DNA of 25,921 nucleotides from Candidatus Bathyarchaeota archaeon. GTDB taxonomy: Archaea > Thermoproteota > Bathyarchaeia > 40CM-2-53-6. Under the pieces are notes generated by a model. The model searched no databases. It was not told the DNA's origin and saw only the letters and a list, made by a program, of their open reading frames with translations. Positions 9,005 through 16,709 of this stretch are shown piece after piece; the stretch's first letter is position 1, and the number at the start of each line of letters is the position of its first letter. The stretch spans positions 1 to 25,921 of the forward strand of contig VBBG01000024.1 in the NCBI GenBank assembly GCA_005882905.1, in the 5' to 3' direction. The translations under genes and the position numbers were made by a program.

Positions 9005-9562
9005 CTAGTGCTTCCATTTGATGGAACAGCCGAAGGGCCTAGTCTCCTGCACCAAGGGTTTCCGTCCGGCTAGGATCGCGTCAAGTGCATTCCTGAGATC
9101 ATGAGTCTTCACATCGGCCGCGTTGCGATTATCATCAATCCGCCCCTTGTACTGGAGAGTCTGCTTTGCATCAAAGGCGAAGACCTGGGGCGTGCAGATC
9201 GCACCGTACTTGCGAGCCACATCCTGCGTCTCGTCCCGCAGGTATGGAAAGTTGAAGCCCTTGTCCTTCGCCCGACGAATCATATTCTCGAAGCTATCCT
9301 CCGGATAGTCATGATCGTCATTACTGTTGATCGCAACCAGTGTAACGCCTTTTCCTGAATAGTCTCGCTGCATCCGAACCATCCGATCCTCGTAAGCCTG
9401 AACATAGGGGCAATGATTACAGCTGAAAACAATGACCAACACCTTGCGATCCCCGAAATCTTTCAAACTGTACGACCTGGCGTCTACGGCCTTTAGATGA
9501 AAGTCAACGGCCGGGCTACCGAGCGCTAGTCCTACTGAACCAAGCGTCGTCGAGGATGACAT
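9005..9562 (-). CDS. Thioredoxin-family redoxin (AhpC/TSA-like, CxxC)
   Basis: FSCNHCPYV active site, VAINSND and CTPQVFAFD...YKGRIDD...PFGCSIKW. Probable start is ATG at 9562, not 9622. Confidence 0.9.
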   Translation of the reverse strand: MSSSTTLGSVGLALGSPAVDFHLKAVDARSYSLKDFGDRKVLVIVFSCNHCPYVQAYEDRMVRMQRDYSGKGVTLVAINSNDDHDYPEDSFENMIRRAKDKGFNFPYLRDETQDVARKYGAICTPQVFAFDAKQTLQYKGRIDDNRNAADVKTHDLRNALDAILAGRKPLVQETRPFGCSIKWKH

Positions 9563-9639
9563 GATCGGTCTGACGATGGAAGGCCTTAGAAAGCTTTCGC
9601 GGGTCCCACAAAACAAGCACAAGTGTTCTGGGATTTGTT

Positions 9640-10353
9640 ATGGTAAGAAGCCTGTATGTCGGCGTATCAGGATTCAGCTATCCGGGGTGGAAGGGAAACT
9701 TCTACCCTAAAGATCTGAAGAGCGAAGACTTCCTCGGATACTACTCCCAGAAGCTGAACAGCGTGGAGATCAACAGTTCCTTCTATGCCCCACCGAGCGC
9801 GATGATGGTCAAGTCTTGGTCGGGAAAGACCCGGGACGACTTCCGGTTTTCGGTTAAATCGCCTCGCCAGATAACCCACATCCTCAAGCTGGGAGAGGGA
9901 TCAGCCGATTCGGCCAAACGGCTCGGCGAAACCCTTAACCTGTTAGGCTCCAAGCGCGGTCCAATCCTCTTTCAGCTTCCTCCCTTCATGCGGCAGAATC
10001 TGAAACTCCTAGAGTCCTTCTTGCGGGACACGTCGGGATTGAAGGAGAGGGTCTTCGAGTTTCGCCACGAATCCTGGCTGTCAGACCCTACCTACGCTCT
10101 TCTAGACAAGTATCAGGCCGGATTCTGTATTGCCGAGACTGAAGACATGAAACCAGTTCTGAAAGTCATTGGAGAAGTCGCATATTTCAGGCTTCGAAGA
10201 GACTCATATGATCGCAACAGTATCGATGAGTGGTCGACCCGGATCAGAGCTCTCGTCAAGGATGCCAGAGAAGCCTACGTGTACCTACGTCATGACGAGA
10301 CCGGGGAGAATGCTTCGCACGCCGTCCGTCTAAAAGAAGAGATAAAAAACTAG
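9640..10353 (+). CDS. DUF72 (YecE/UPF0759) TIM-barrel protein
   Basis: GVSGFSYPGWKGNFYP, SVEINSSFY, FRFSVKSPRQITH, LFQLPP, FEFRHESW and AYVYLRHD. Confidence 0.93.
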   Translation: MVRSLYVGVSGFSYPGWKGNFYPKDLKSEDFLGYYSQKLNSVEINSSFYAPPSAMMVKSWSGKTRDDFRFSVKSPRQITHILKLGEGSADSAKRLGETLNLLGSKRGPILFQLPPFMRQNLKLLESFLRDTSGLKERVFEFRHESWLSDPTYALLDKYQAGFCIAETEDMKPVLKVIGEVAYFRLRRDSYDRNSIDEWSTRIRALVKDAREAYVYLRHDETGENASHAVRLKEEIKN

Positions 10354-10363
10354 ATCGGATTCG

Positions 10364-10840
10364 TCAGGCGGTCTTCGCGACAGCCTTCTTGAGCTCTTCA
10401 TAGTTGGGCTCTTTGCTCGGGTCCTCTGTGACCCACTTGTAGGTCACGACGCCGTTCTGGTCGAGTATGAAGACGCTCCTCTTCGCTACCGTGTAGCCTT
10501 TCAAGTTTCCAAAATTCTCATGATACACGTTGTACTGGTGGACGATGTCCCGGGTGTAGTCGCTGAGGACTGGAAAGTTTAGACTGTTCTTCTCCACGAA
10601 CGCCTTGTTTGTCCAAGGATCATTGACGTCTATTCCGACGACTTGAGCGTTTAGTTTGTTGAACTCTGAGAGGCTGTCTCTCAAAGCGCACATTTCCTTG
10701 GTGCAGACGCTAGTGAAAGCTCCGGGGAAGAATGCCAGTAGCGTTGCGCCTCTTGGTTTCAAGAGTTCTTGGAGACTATGCGGCTTCCTCTCATGATCTG
10801 GAAGTGTGAAGTTCGGTGCCTTTTCTCCCTGGTTGACCAT
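10364..10840 (-). CDS. Peroxiredoxin (BCP/AhpE-like, single peroxidatic Cys)
   Basis: FFPGAFTSVCTKE (P-x3-T-x2-C), FPVLSDY and resolving-side Arg in AKRSVFILD. Probable start is ATG at 10840. Confidence 0.92.
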   Translation of the reverse strand: MVNQGEKAPNFTLPDHERKPHSLQELLKPRGATLLAFFPGAFTSVCTKEMCALRDSLSEFNKLNAQVVGIDVNDPWTNKAFVEKNSLNFPVLSDYTRDIVHQYNVYHENFGNLKGYTVAKRSVFILDQNGVVTYKWVTEDPSKEPNYEELKKAVAKTA

Positions 10841-10976
10841 TTCTGACCCAAGGTCCGCGGTCTTCTCGATGTTTCTAAACCTTACACCAATCCGGTCACA
10901 CGTTTCAGCGAGTATTCTAGACACGGGACTCGAGTCTTAGAAAAAAGGATTGGGGAGTAGAATTGGTTGTCCTAGT

Positions 10977-11447
10977 CTATTCCTGCTCGTGCTCTTCTTC
11001 GGCGGTTGCGCATGAAGAGTCGTGATCGCCGTGACCGTGGACGCCCGAATGGCCGTGTGTCGTGTCATTGTCGCTGTCCGTGTCGTGGTGTAAGTGGAAG
11101 GCCGGGTTAGAGCCGCCCATGGCCTTGACCAAGGCGACTGTAGTGTGCAGCTTGTTCTTCATGACTCCAAGGGCGTTGCCGATGCCATTGCCATTACCGT
11201 TTGCGTTGTCGTGCGAGCTTGGACCGTGAGACTTTGCTTCGCTACAGGAAGCCCCGCTACCGCTATTGTCGCCACCAGATGGTGTCGTGGGAGTCGTGCC
11301 GCCGCCACCGTTTCCTCCAGGCGTTGGTGGCGAAGGGCTGGTCCCTTGTGGTGAGGGCGAGTGGAGTAGAAACGGCACGAGGAAGGCGCCGATTCCCGAT
11401 ACGATGAGCGCTGCAGCTCCCAGTCTACGTCTGCTTGGGATGTTCAT
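10977..11447 (-). CDS. Membrane-anchored low-complexity protein with Pro/Gly/Thr linker and His/Asp-rich tail
   Basis: N-terminal RRR plus hydrophobic helix, PSPQGTSPSPPTPGGNGGGG linker, and HLHHDTDSDNDTTHGHSGVHGHGDHD. Upstream AT-rich TATA-like tract near 11506-11514. Confidence 0.7.
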   Translation of the reverse strand: MNIPSRRRLGAAALIVSGIGAFLVPFLLHSPSPQGTSPSPPTPGGNGGGGTTPTTPSGGDNSGSGASCSEAKSHGPSSHDNANGNGNGIGNALGVMKNKLHTTVALVKAMGGSNPAFHLHHDTDSDNDTTHGHSGVHGHGDHDSSCATAEEEHEQE

Positions 11448-11599
11448 TCTTTTTTTCTATCCCCTTTTGCTTGGGGGCGCCATTCCTCGGGAGAGTATAT
11501 TATTCAACGAATTGAACACCAAAGAACCTGTCAATTTGTGACGACTGGATGTTGAAATCTTTCAGGAGCTGAATGTACATATCGGAAACCGATATAGCG

Positions 11600-12898
11600 T
11601 CACAGGATTCTGAGGAAGAGGTAGAGAATCAGAATATTCGGGATAGTCACAAGCAGGCCAATCTTCGAGAATTCCAGCGAACTGAAACCCGAGCCTCGGA
11701 CCTCTGCCGCTTCCAAAATGATAACATTGCTTGCCGCTCCCAGCAGACTGAGTCCTCCTGCCAGAGTGCTCGCGCCGGCCAAGGCAACCCAAGCTTTGAC
11801 ATTGCTACCTGTGAACCCAGCGCTCTGCATCACTCTAATGTAGACGGCGACGAATGGCACGTTGCTTAGCAATTGGCTGAAGATCAGACTGATCAGAATT
11901 ATGACACCGAGAGAGACGACTATCTCCGATGTGTTGAGTGCTGGCAGGTACAGCAGCAATGATTGGAGAGCGTTCGAATCCCAGAAGCCCTGGACCACGA
12001 TGAAGAGGGACATGAAGAAAATTACGATGCCCCAGTCTACCGATGCGAGAATTTCTCTCCGCCTACCGCTCAACAGGTAGACGATCGTCGCACCAAGAAG
12101 CGACACGGTCCCAAGGTTGAGATTTCCCTGCACCCCAAACAGCCGCGCAATCCCCACAGAGAAGAAGCCAACAACGACTATGCCGCCGGCCCACGCTGAC
12201 AATCTCGCGAGCCTTCCGTCTCTGACTGGTGGCAGCGGAATGGACCCGAAGCTCTCTGCTGATTCTGCAAGGTCCTTTCGATAGTAGAACTTGAGGATCA
12301 GAAATGTGACTAAGAGTCCTATGATCGTGGGTGGGACCAGGAAATAGAGAAAGTCGAGCATCGGGTTTGGAATGCCGCTCGACAGGGCGATGAGCAGATT
12401 CTGGGGATTACCGACGGGAGTCATCACGCTGCCGATTGTCACGCCCAGTGCGAGAGTTATCAACAGGACACTCGGCCTGATCCTCATCTGTTTGGAGAGC
12501 CCTAGCATTATGGGCGTTGCGGTGAGTGCTAGGGTGTCGTTGACTAGAAAGGCTGAGAGTAGACCCATCCCGAACAGTACCATAGCCAAGGCTCGCTGTG
12601 GCGTCTTGGAGAGCCGGACCATTCTTGCTGTAAGGTATTCGAGGAGCCCTGAAAGTTCCATGGCCGCGACGATCGAAAACATTCCGAGTAGGAAGAATAT
12701 CACGTCCAAGTTGATGGCGCTGTAAGCCGTCTGGAGTGGTATGACCCCTGAAAGGATCATGGCGACAGCTCCGGTGAGCATGATGGTCCAGATCGGGATC
12801 TTGAACCAACGCAGGTTGCGGAGAGCGATGAGGAGGTAGACTGTTACGAAGATGGCTATGGAGAGATAGTTTAGCGACAACCAGCCGCGCCAGATCAT
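11600..12898 (-). CDS. ArsB/NhaD/SLC13-superfamily ion (anion/carboxylate) permease
   Basis: Many TM helices. LSAFLVNDT, TIGSVMTPVGNPQNLLIA, SQLLSNVPFV and STLAGGLSLLGAASNVII are IT-superfamily repeat motifs. Confidence 0.9.
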   Translation of the reverse strand: MIWRGWLSLNYLSIAIFVTVYLLIALRNLRWFKIPIWTIMLTGAVAMILSGVIPLQTAYSAINLDVIFFLLGMFSIVAAMELSGLLEYLTARMVRLSKTPQRALAMVLFGMGLLSAFLVNDTLALTATPIMLGLSKQMRIRPSVLLITLALGVTIGSVMTPVGNPQNLLIALSSGIPNPMLDFLYFLVPPTIIGLLVTFLILKFYYRKDLAESAESFGSIPLPPVRDGRLARLSAWAGGIVVVGFFSVGIARLFGVQGNLNLGTVSLLGATIVYLLSGRRREILASVDWGIVIFFMSLFIVVQGFWDSNALQSLLLYLPALNTSEIVVSLGVIILISLIFSQLLSNVPFVAVYIRVMQSAGFTGSNVKAWVALAGASTLAGGLSLLGAASNVIILEAAEVRGSGFSSLEFSKIGLLVTIPNILILYLFLRIL

Positions 12899-12959
12899 GT
12901 ATCACGGGAAAGCTTCGGCGAGTTAGTCGTCTTGGCCCGTTACGGCTCTTGGAGTCTCG

Positions 12960-13346
12960 CTAGAGCTCTTCGAGCATCTTCCGGGACCAGAGCAATGACG
13001 CTTGTGGCTTCTTCAAGACTTTCTGGGGCTTCGATTTTTTGGGAGCGGCTGCCGCTTTGATCGCCTGCGGAATAAGTCCCTTGTTGGGGAGGACGGGATG
13101 GGGTCCTATTGGATCTTTTCCTAGTCCTACGACCGAGCCCTCTGGATCACGCATTATCCCATTCTCATAGAAGGCCATGTGACGTCCATCATAGTCGATG
13201 ACGTTCCCCTGCTCGTCGAGCCAGGCTAGATTGTGTCCGTCGAAGTCGACGATTCTGTTGTCTTTGAGAATCCGGTATCGAGCGGTACCATTCTCGTCCC
13301 ATATGACGTCGATCTCTTCTTCCTCAGCTTCGCGCGCTGGTTCCAA
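12960..13346 (-). CDS. Small beta-hairpin repeat protein resembling the '4-fold beta flower' family
   Basis: Repeated hydrophobic-D-x2-G units (IWDENG, IVDFDG, VIDYDG, MRDPEG), then GPHPVLP and a Lys/Pro-rich tail. TTG start. Confidence 0.6.
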   Translation of the reverse strand: MEPAREAEEEEIDVIWDENGTARYRILKDNRIVDFDGHNLAWLDEQGNVIDYDGRHMAFYENGIMRDPEGSVVGLGKDPIGPHPVLPNKGLIPQAIKAAAAPKKSKPQKVLKKPQASLLWSRKMLEEL

Positions 13347-13463
13347 ACCGGTTCGCTACGCCCTCTACGCGTCAAGCTAAGAAGGTTATCCACACACTTA
13401 CGAGTCAAACAGGTAGAGTTCTAGGCGTGCCTGAAATCAACCCTTTTCTTAAAATAGCAGATA

Positions 13464-13670
13464 CTGTCTATCAGCTCTAGAGGGGCGTTCGCGGCGGAAA
13501 CTCATACTTGTCCCGTCTGCGGTCACACTGGTCCATGCACTCGGTCCGCTGGTGAGACTGGCCAATATCGGTATCACAACTGTCACGTGTGTGGCTCTAC
13601 TTGGAAAGAACAGAGGACCCAAGGGGAGCCTGGTGACAAGGATTCGAAGGCCACTCTCCAGACCGCATAG
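13464..13670 (+). CDS. Zinc-ribbon microprotein (CPVCG-x19-CHVCG), TFS/TFIIS C-ribbon-like; start codon non-canonical or mutated
   Basis: Manual translation, absent from the ORF track: ...AAETHTCPVCGHTGPCTRSAGETGQYRYHNCHVCGSTWKEQRTQGEPGDKDSKATLQTA*. Open from 13458 to TAG 13668-13670, with no ATG/GTG/TTG before the first Cys. CTG at 13464 is used as the nominal start. Confidence 0.6.
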   Translation: MSISSRGAFAAETHTCPVCGHTGPCTRSAGETGQYRYHNCHVCGSTWKEQRTQGEPGDKDSKATLQTA

Positions 13671-13912
13671 TCTCTAGTCGGACTCTAGTTCCAACTCTGA
13701 AATACTAGTGCCTAGGCTGTGGCCGTCGATCTACATTGCCACGGGCCGGCCAGCACTCAAGCAGTAATCGTCGACAGAGGAAGAAGAACAGGATGAGAAA
13801 GCGGACTCGGAATAGTCGGAAGCCCAGCAGGGTCAGATAATCCTCTTAGAGATCACTTGAAAAATGGTTTCTCAACGGCCGTTTCGGGGAGCGGGATTTG
13901 CTACAACTACTC

Positions 13913-14227
13913 CTACAGCATCGATGAGGTAAACCGGTACGACTGGTGTAGAAGCCTCGTAAGTGTCGGGAACTGAGGGTTCGGGCCCAGCTTCAATGCC
14001 ACCCAGCCCTCTCTATCGTGAGGGTCTGGCGAGCGAGTCGCCATACCCCGAGCCAACACGTTCTCTTTGATGTCAGGAGGGAGCCGGATGTCGATTCTGT
14101 CGGGTTTGTGGACATGAGCGAAAGCTTTCCCTCCCACACGCAGCTCGAAATCGTCCTGGCCACTATCGTCTGCTTCTACGCCCGGCACAAGCAGCATCTC
14201 GGCGACGATTATGTCTAGAAAGCCCAT
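13913..14227 (-). CDS. DUF5519/'luciferase-like' (YjbR-like fold) small protein
   Basis: FELRVGGKAFAHVH..DRIDIRLP...GMATRSPDPHDREGWV matches the pattern I recall for this family. Confidence 0.65.
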   Translation of the reverse strand: MGFLDIIVAEMLLVPGVEADDSGQDDFELRVGGKAFAHVHKPDRIDIRLPPDIKENVLARGMATRSPDPHDREGWVALKLGPNPQFPTLTRLLHQSYRFTSSML

Positions 14228-14371
14228 CTCGGCTCAACTCTTCGTGAGGCCCAGTCTTATGTCCCTTTCCGGGTTCACTACAGCAGAAGTTGAGCCCAAA
14301 TTGTTATGGGCGACATGGCTGGACTCAGCAGAACCGAACAGCGATGCTCGGGCATTTGATCTCGATCTCGT

Positions 14372-14875
14372 TCAGCCAAGCCTCATGTATCTCTTCAAGC
14401 GAGGCCATCCAGTCTTCGCAAGCCTCAGCCTATCAGGATCGCTCTTGACCCAGCGAAGCATGTGGAAGAAGCTGCGAGCCCTCTTCTCGTCTCTATCAAC
14501 AAGTGGTTTGTAGCCCAAGTTTCTGATCTCATCAAGATAAGCTGTCTCCACGTTGTCCTGGGCTCTTCCAGATATCACTGATACGTGCACTCTCTCCTTG
14601 CCGTATTGTTTCATGAGCTCTGGCCGGGTCTCGTCGAACAGGAAACTGCCGCAGATCTCGATCTCTTCTCCCTCTCCGAGCTTCATCTGCTGGAGGAGAC
14701 GTAGAGTCAGCTCAGTCGCTTTCTTGAGGTAGAGCTTCCTTCGAAAGTCGGGGGGCTGAAAATAGCCAACGGGTATGACATCATAGTGGAACTCGCCGGT
14801 CTCCTTCCGGTGGGCTCCGACAATCGCTCCGAATAGAAGGTCGCCCACACCCGCGTCGTCAACTTGAATTGTCAG
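14372..14875 (-). CDS. Uncharacterised protein with an RNase HII-like N-terminal motif; probable CTG start
   Basis: Extending the track ORF (GTG 14848) upstream gives CTG-T-I-Q-V-D-D-A-G-V-G-D-L-L-F-G. The frame is closed by TAG/TAA at 14885-14890. Confidence 0.7.
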   Translation of the reverse strand: MTIQVDDAGVGDLLFGAIVGAHRKETGEFHYDVIPVGYFQPPDFRRKLYLKKATELTLRLLQQMKLGEGEEIEICGSFLFDETRPELMKQYGKERVHVSVISGRAQDNVETAYLDEIRNLGYKPLVDRDEKRARSFFHMLRWVKSDPDRLRLAKTGWPRLKRYMRLG

Positions 14876-14966
14876 AGATGTTCCCTATTACTAAGCTAGC
14901 CATCTAGCTATAGGTTGGTCGTGGTCCTTAAGTCTGAGGCTGAGACAGGCCACGTTCGACAGTTGA

Positions 14967-16118
14967 TCAAAGCTGTTCTAGAGTCTTCAAGCCTGACCCT
15001 GTTGCGATAACAACCAGAGTGTCGCCCCGGTCGACTGATCCTGTCTCGTATAGACGGGGAATTGCCGCGAACCCTGCGGCGCTGGATGGTTCCATTAGCA
15101 TTCCTTCCTTCGTTGCGACCTGACGCATTGCCCTTCGGATTTCTGTGTCCCTGACTTTCAACGCTATTCCCTTTGACTCTCGGATACTCTTGAGTATCCA
15201 CTTGCCGGCTAGAGGCTTAGGAATCTTTAGCCCGTTTGCGATCGTCCGGGGAGACTTCCACTCCTCCACATCCTCCCTTCCTCGGTTGTAGGCTTCAACG
15301 ACTGGTGCGCATCCTGAAGGCTGAACGGCGACAATGCGTGGGTTGCTCCTTGTCCAGCCAATCTTCTCTAGAATCTTGAACATTTTCCACATACCAACCA
15401 GCCCGACTCCGCCTCCGACCGGATAGACGACATAATCTGGACTCTTCCACTCGAACTGCTGCGAGATTTCGAGTGCCATCGTCCCTTTACCATCGTGACG
15501 GAAGGGTGTCACGAATGTTGACGCGTTGTATCGACCTGCCGCCTTAGCAGATCTGGCCGCGTATCGGCCCGCGTCTGCGATTGTGCCTGGCACCTGTGTA
15601 AGGTGGGCTCCAAGCTTTTTTGTGAGCTGGATCTTTGCGGGGTTCGATTGTCTTGGAAGATAGACGTGACAGCCGATTCGTGCCATCTGGGAGTACAGGG
15701 CGAAGGAGCAGCCAGCATTCCCTTCTGAGGCGAGAACCAATTGTTGAACCTTCAGTTGAGAGAGACGAGTGACGGCCACCGAGGCCCCGCGGTCTTTGAA
15801 AGTTCCCGTCGGGTTCCGGGTCTCATCCTTCACCCAGACGTTCTTCGAAAACGACTTGGCTGGACGGAGAGGCGTACCTCCTTCCCCAGCCGTTACCGGG
15901 ATTGATCCCCGACGAACAGGGAGAAACATGCTGAACTTCCACATCGATCGACCCCCCTCATCGAGCCTCTTTCTAGAATACTCGGTCAGTGTGTCTTCAT
16001 CGAGGACAGTGTCCAAGAGACCGCTGCATTTCGGACACCTCTCAAGGGGCTCTTCGCCTTCAAAGAAGGAGCGGCAATCATTGCAACGCAGACCCTTGTA
16101 GGGCTCCGAACGTGCCAC
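14967..16118 (-). CDS. thrC: Threonine synthase (fold-type II PLP enzyme with N-terminal zinc ribbon)
   Basis: CNDC...CPKC ribbon, KDETRNPTGTFKDRG PLP-lysine motif, ASEGNAG, YPVGGGVGLVG, EPSSAAG and VIATGSGLK. Confidence 0.9.
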   Translation of the reverse strand: MARSEPYKGLRCNDCRSFFEGEEPLERCPKCSGLLDTVLDEDTLTEYSRKRLDEGGRSMWKFSMFLPVRRGSIPVTAGEGGTPLRPAKSFSKNVWVKDETRNPTGTFKDRGASVAVTRLSQLKVQQLVLASEGNAGCSFALYSQMARIGCHVYLPRQSNPAKIQLTKKLGAHLTQVPGTIADAGRYAARSAKAAGRYNASTFVTPFRHDGKGTMALEISQQFEWKSPDYVVYPVGGGVGLVGMWKMFKILEKIGWTRSNPRIVAVQPSGCAPVVEAYNRGREDVEEWKSPRTIANGLKIPKPLAGKWILKSIRESKGIALKVRDTEIRRAMRQVATKEGMLMEPSSAAGFAAIPRLYETGSVDRGDTLVVIATGSGLKTLEQL

Positions 16119-16184
16119 TCGAAGCTTTTCCTCAGCTGGACAGGCCGGTAGGGGTTAATCAGCTTCCTGACCCGACCGCTGTTT

Positions 16185-16209
16185 CTCTCGAAGCGGCGGG
16201 TTTCGAGAG
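16185..16209. promoter_or_regulatory. Perfect 8-bp inverted repeat CTCTCGAA-N9-TTCGAGAG (candidate operator)
   Basis: Arms at 16185-16192 and 16202-16209, within the divergent thrC/PadR intergenic region. Confidence 0.5.
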
Positions 16210-16218
16210 GTAGGGTTA

Positions 16219-16249
16219 TATCGAAACGCGATATTCTCGTATTTCGATA
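16219..16249. promoter_or_regulatory. Perfect 8-bp inverted repeat TATCGAAA-N15-TTTCGATA overlapping the PadR TATA box (candidate operator)
   Basis: Arms at 16219-16226 and 16242-16249. TTATA at 16216-16220 and the PadR ATG at 16262. Confidence 0.55.
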
Positions 16250-16261
16250 GATTCTGGGACC

Positions 16262-16585
16262 ATGAGCAAGGCTGTCTCCGATCGATTCGTGAAAAGCTTC
16301 CTCGACCTGTTCGTTCTCGACTTGCTCGACGATGGCCCGAAGCATGGTTATGAGATAATGCGCGAGCTGAAGAACAGAACCGGCGCCAGAATCGGAGCCG
16401 GGACCCTATATCCACTCCTCTACGAGTTGGAGGACCAGAAACTAGTTGCAGGGGAATGGAATTCTCCAAACCGACGGAGCAGAAGGATTTACAAGATTAC
16501 GGAGCCGGGGACGAAGCACAAGAAGCAAGGCTTCAAGAGCATAGGACTCCTCGTCCAGCCTTCAAGCACAACCCCTCGTTCCTAA
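16262..16585 (+). CDS. PadR-family transcriptional regulator
   Basis: LDLLDDGPKHGYEIMREL...IGAGTLYPLLYELEDQKLV...RRIYKITEPG. Confidence 0.95.
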   Translation: MSKAVSDRFVKSFLDLFVLDLLDDGPKHGYEIMRELKNRTGARIGAGTLYPLLYELEDQKLVAGEWNSPNRRSRRIYKITEPGTKHKKQGFKSIGLLVQPSSTTPRS

Positions 16586-16709
16586 CCGGTCCAAAACCTG
16601 TCCAGAAGCTCTTCATCTCAGCGGCGCAGACCGCCGATACAGCGATGCTGTGCGGATCTCCCCTAGATCTGTGGTCACACTGGTCGGAAGCTGCGCAGAC
16701 CGACCGCGT

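Noticed and set aside
669-12898. An arsenic-resistance system joining the CC-containing MT and the ArsB/NhaD-like permease
   Set aside because: The genes are over 10 kb apart, with no ArsR, ArsC or ArsA nearby, and the permease motifs are generic for the IT superfamily.
13671-13860. Hydrophobic minus-strand frame (…LTLLGFRLFRVRFLILFFFLCRR…) and a short plus-strand MRKRTRNSRKPSRVR
   Set aside because: No credible start or promoter for the first. The second is 15 aa with no support. Left as unexplained intergenic DNA.
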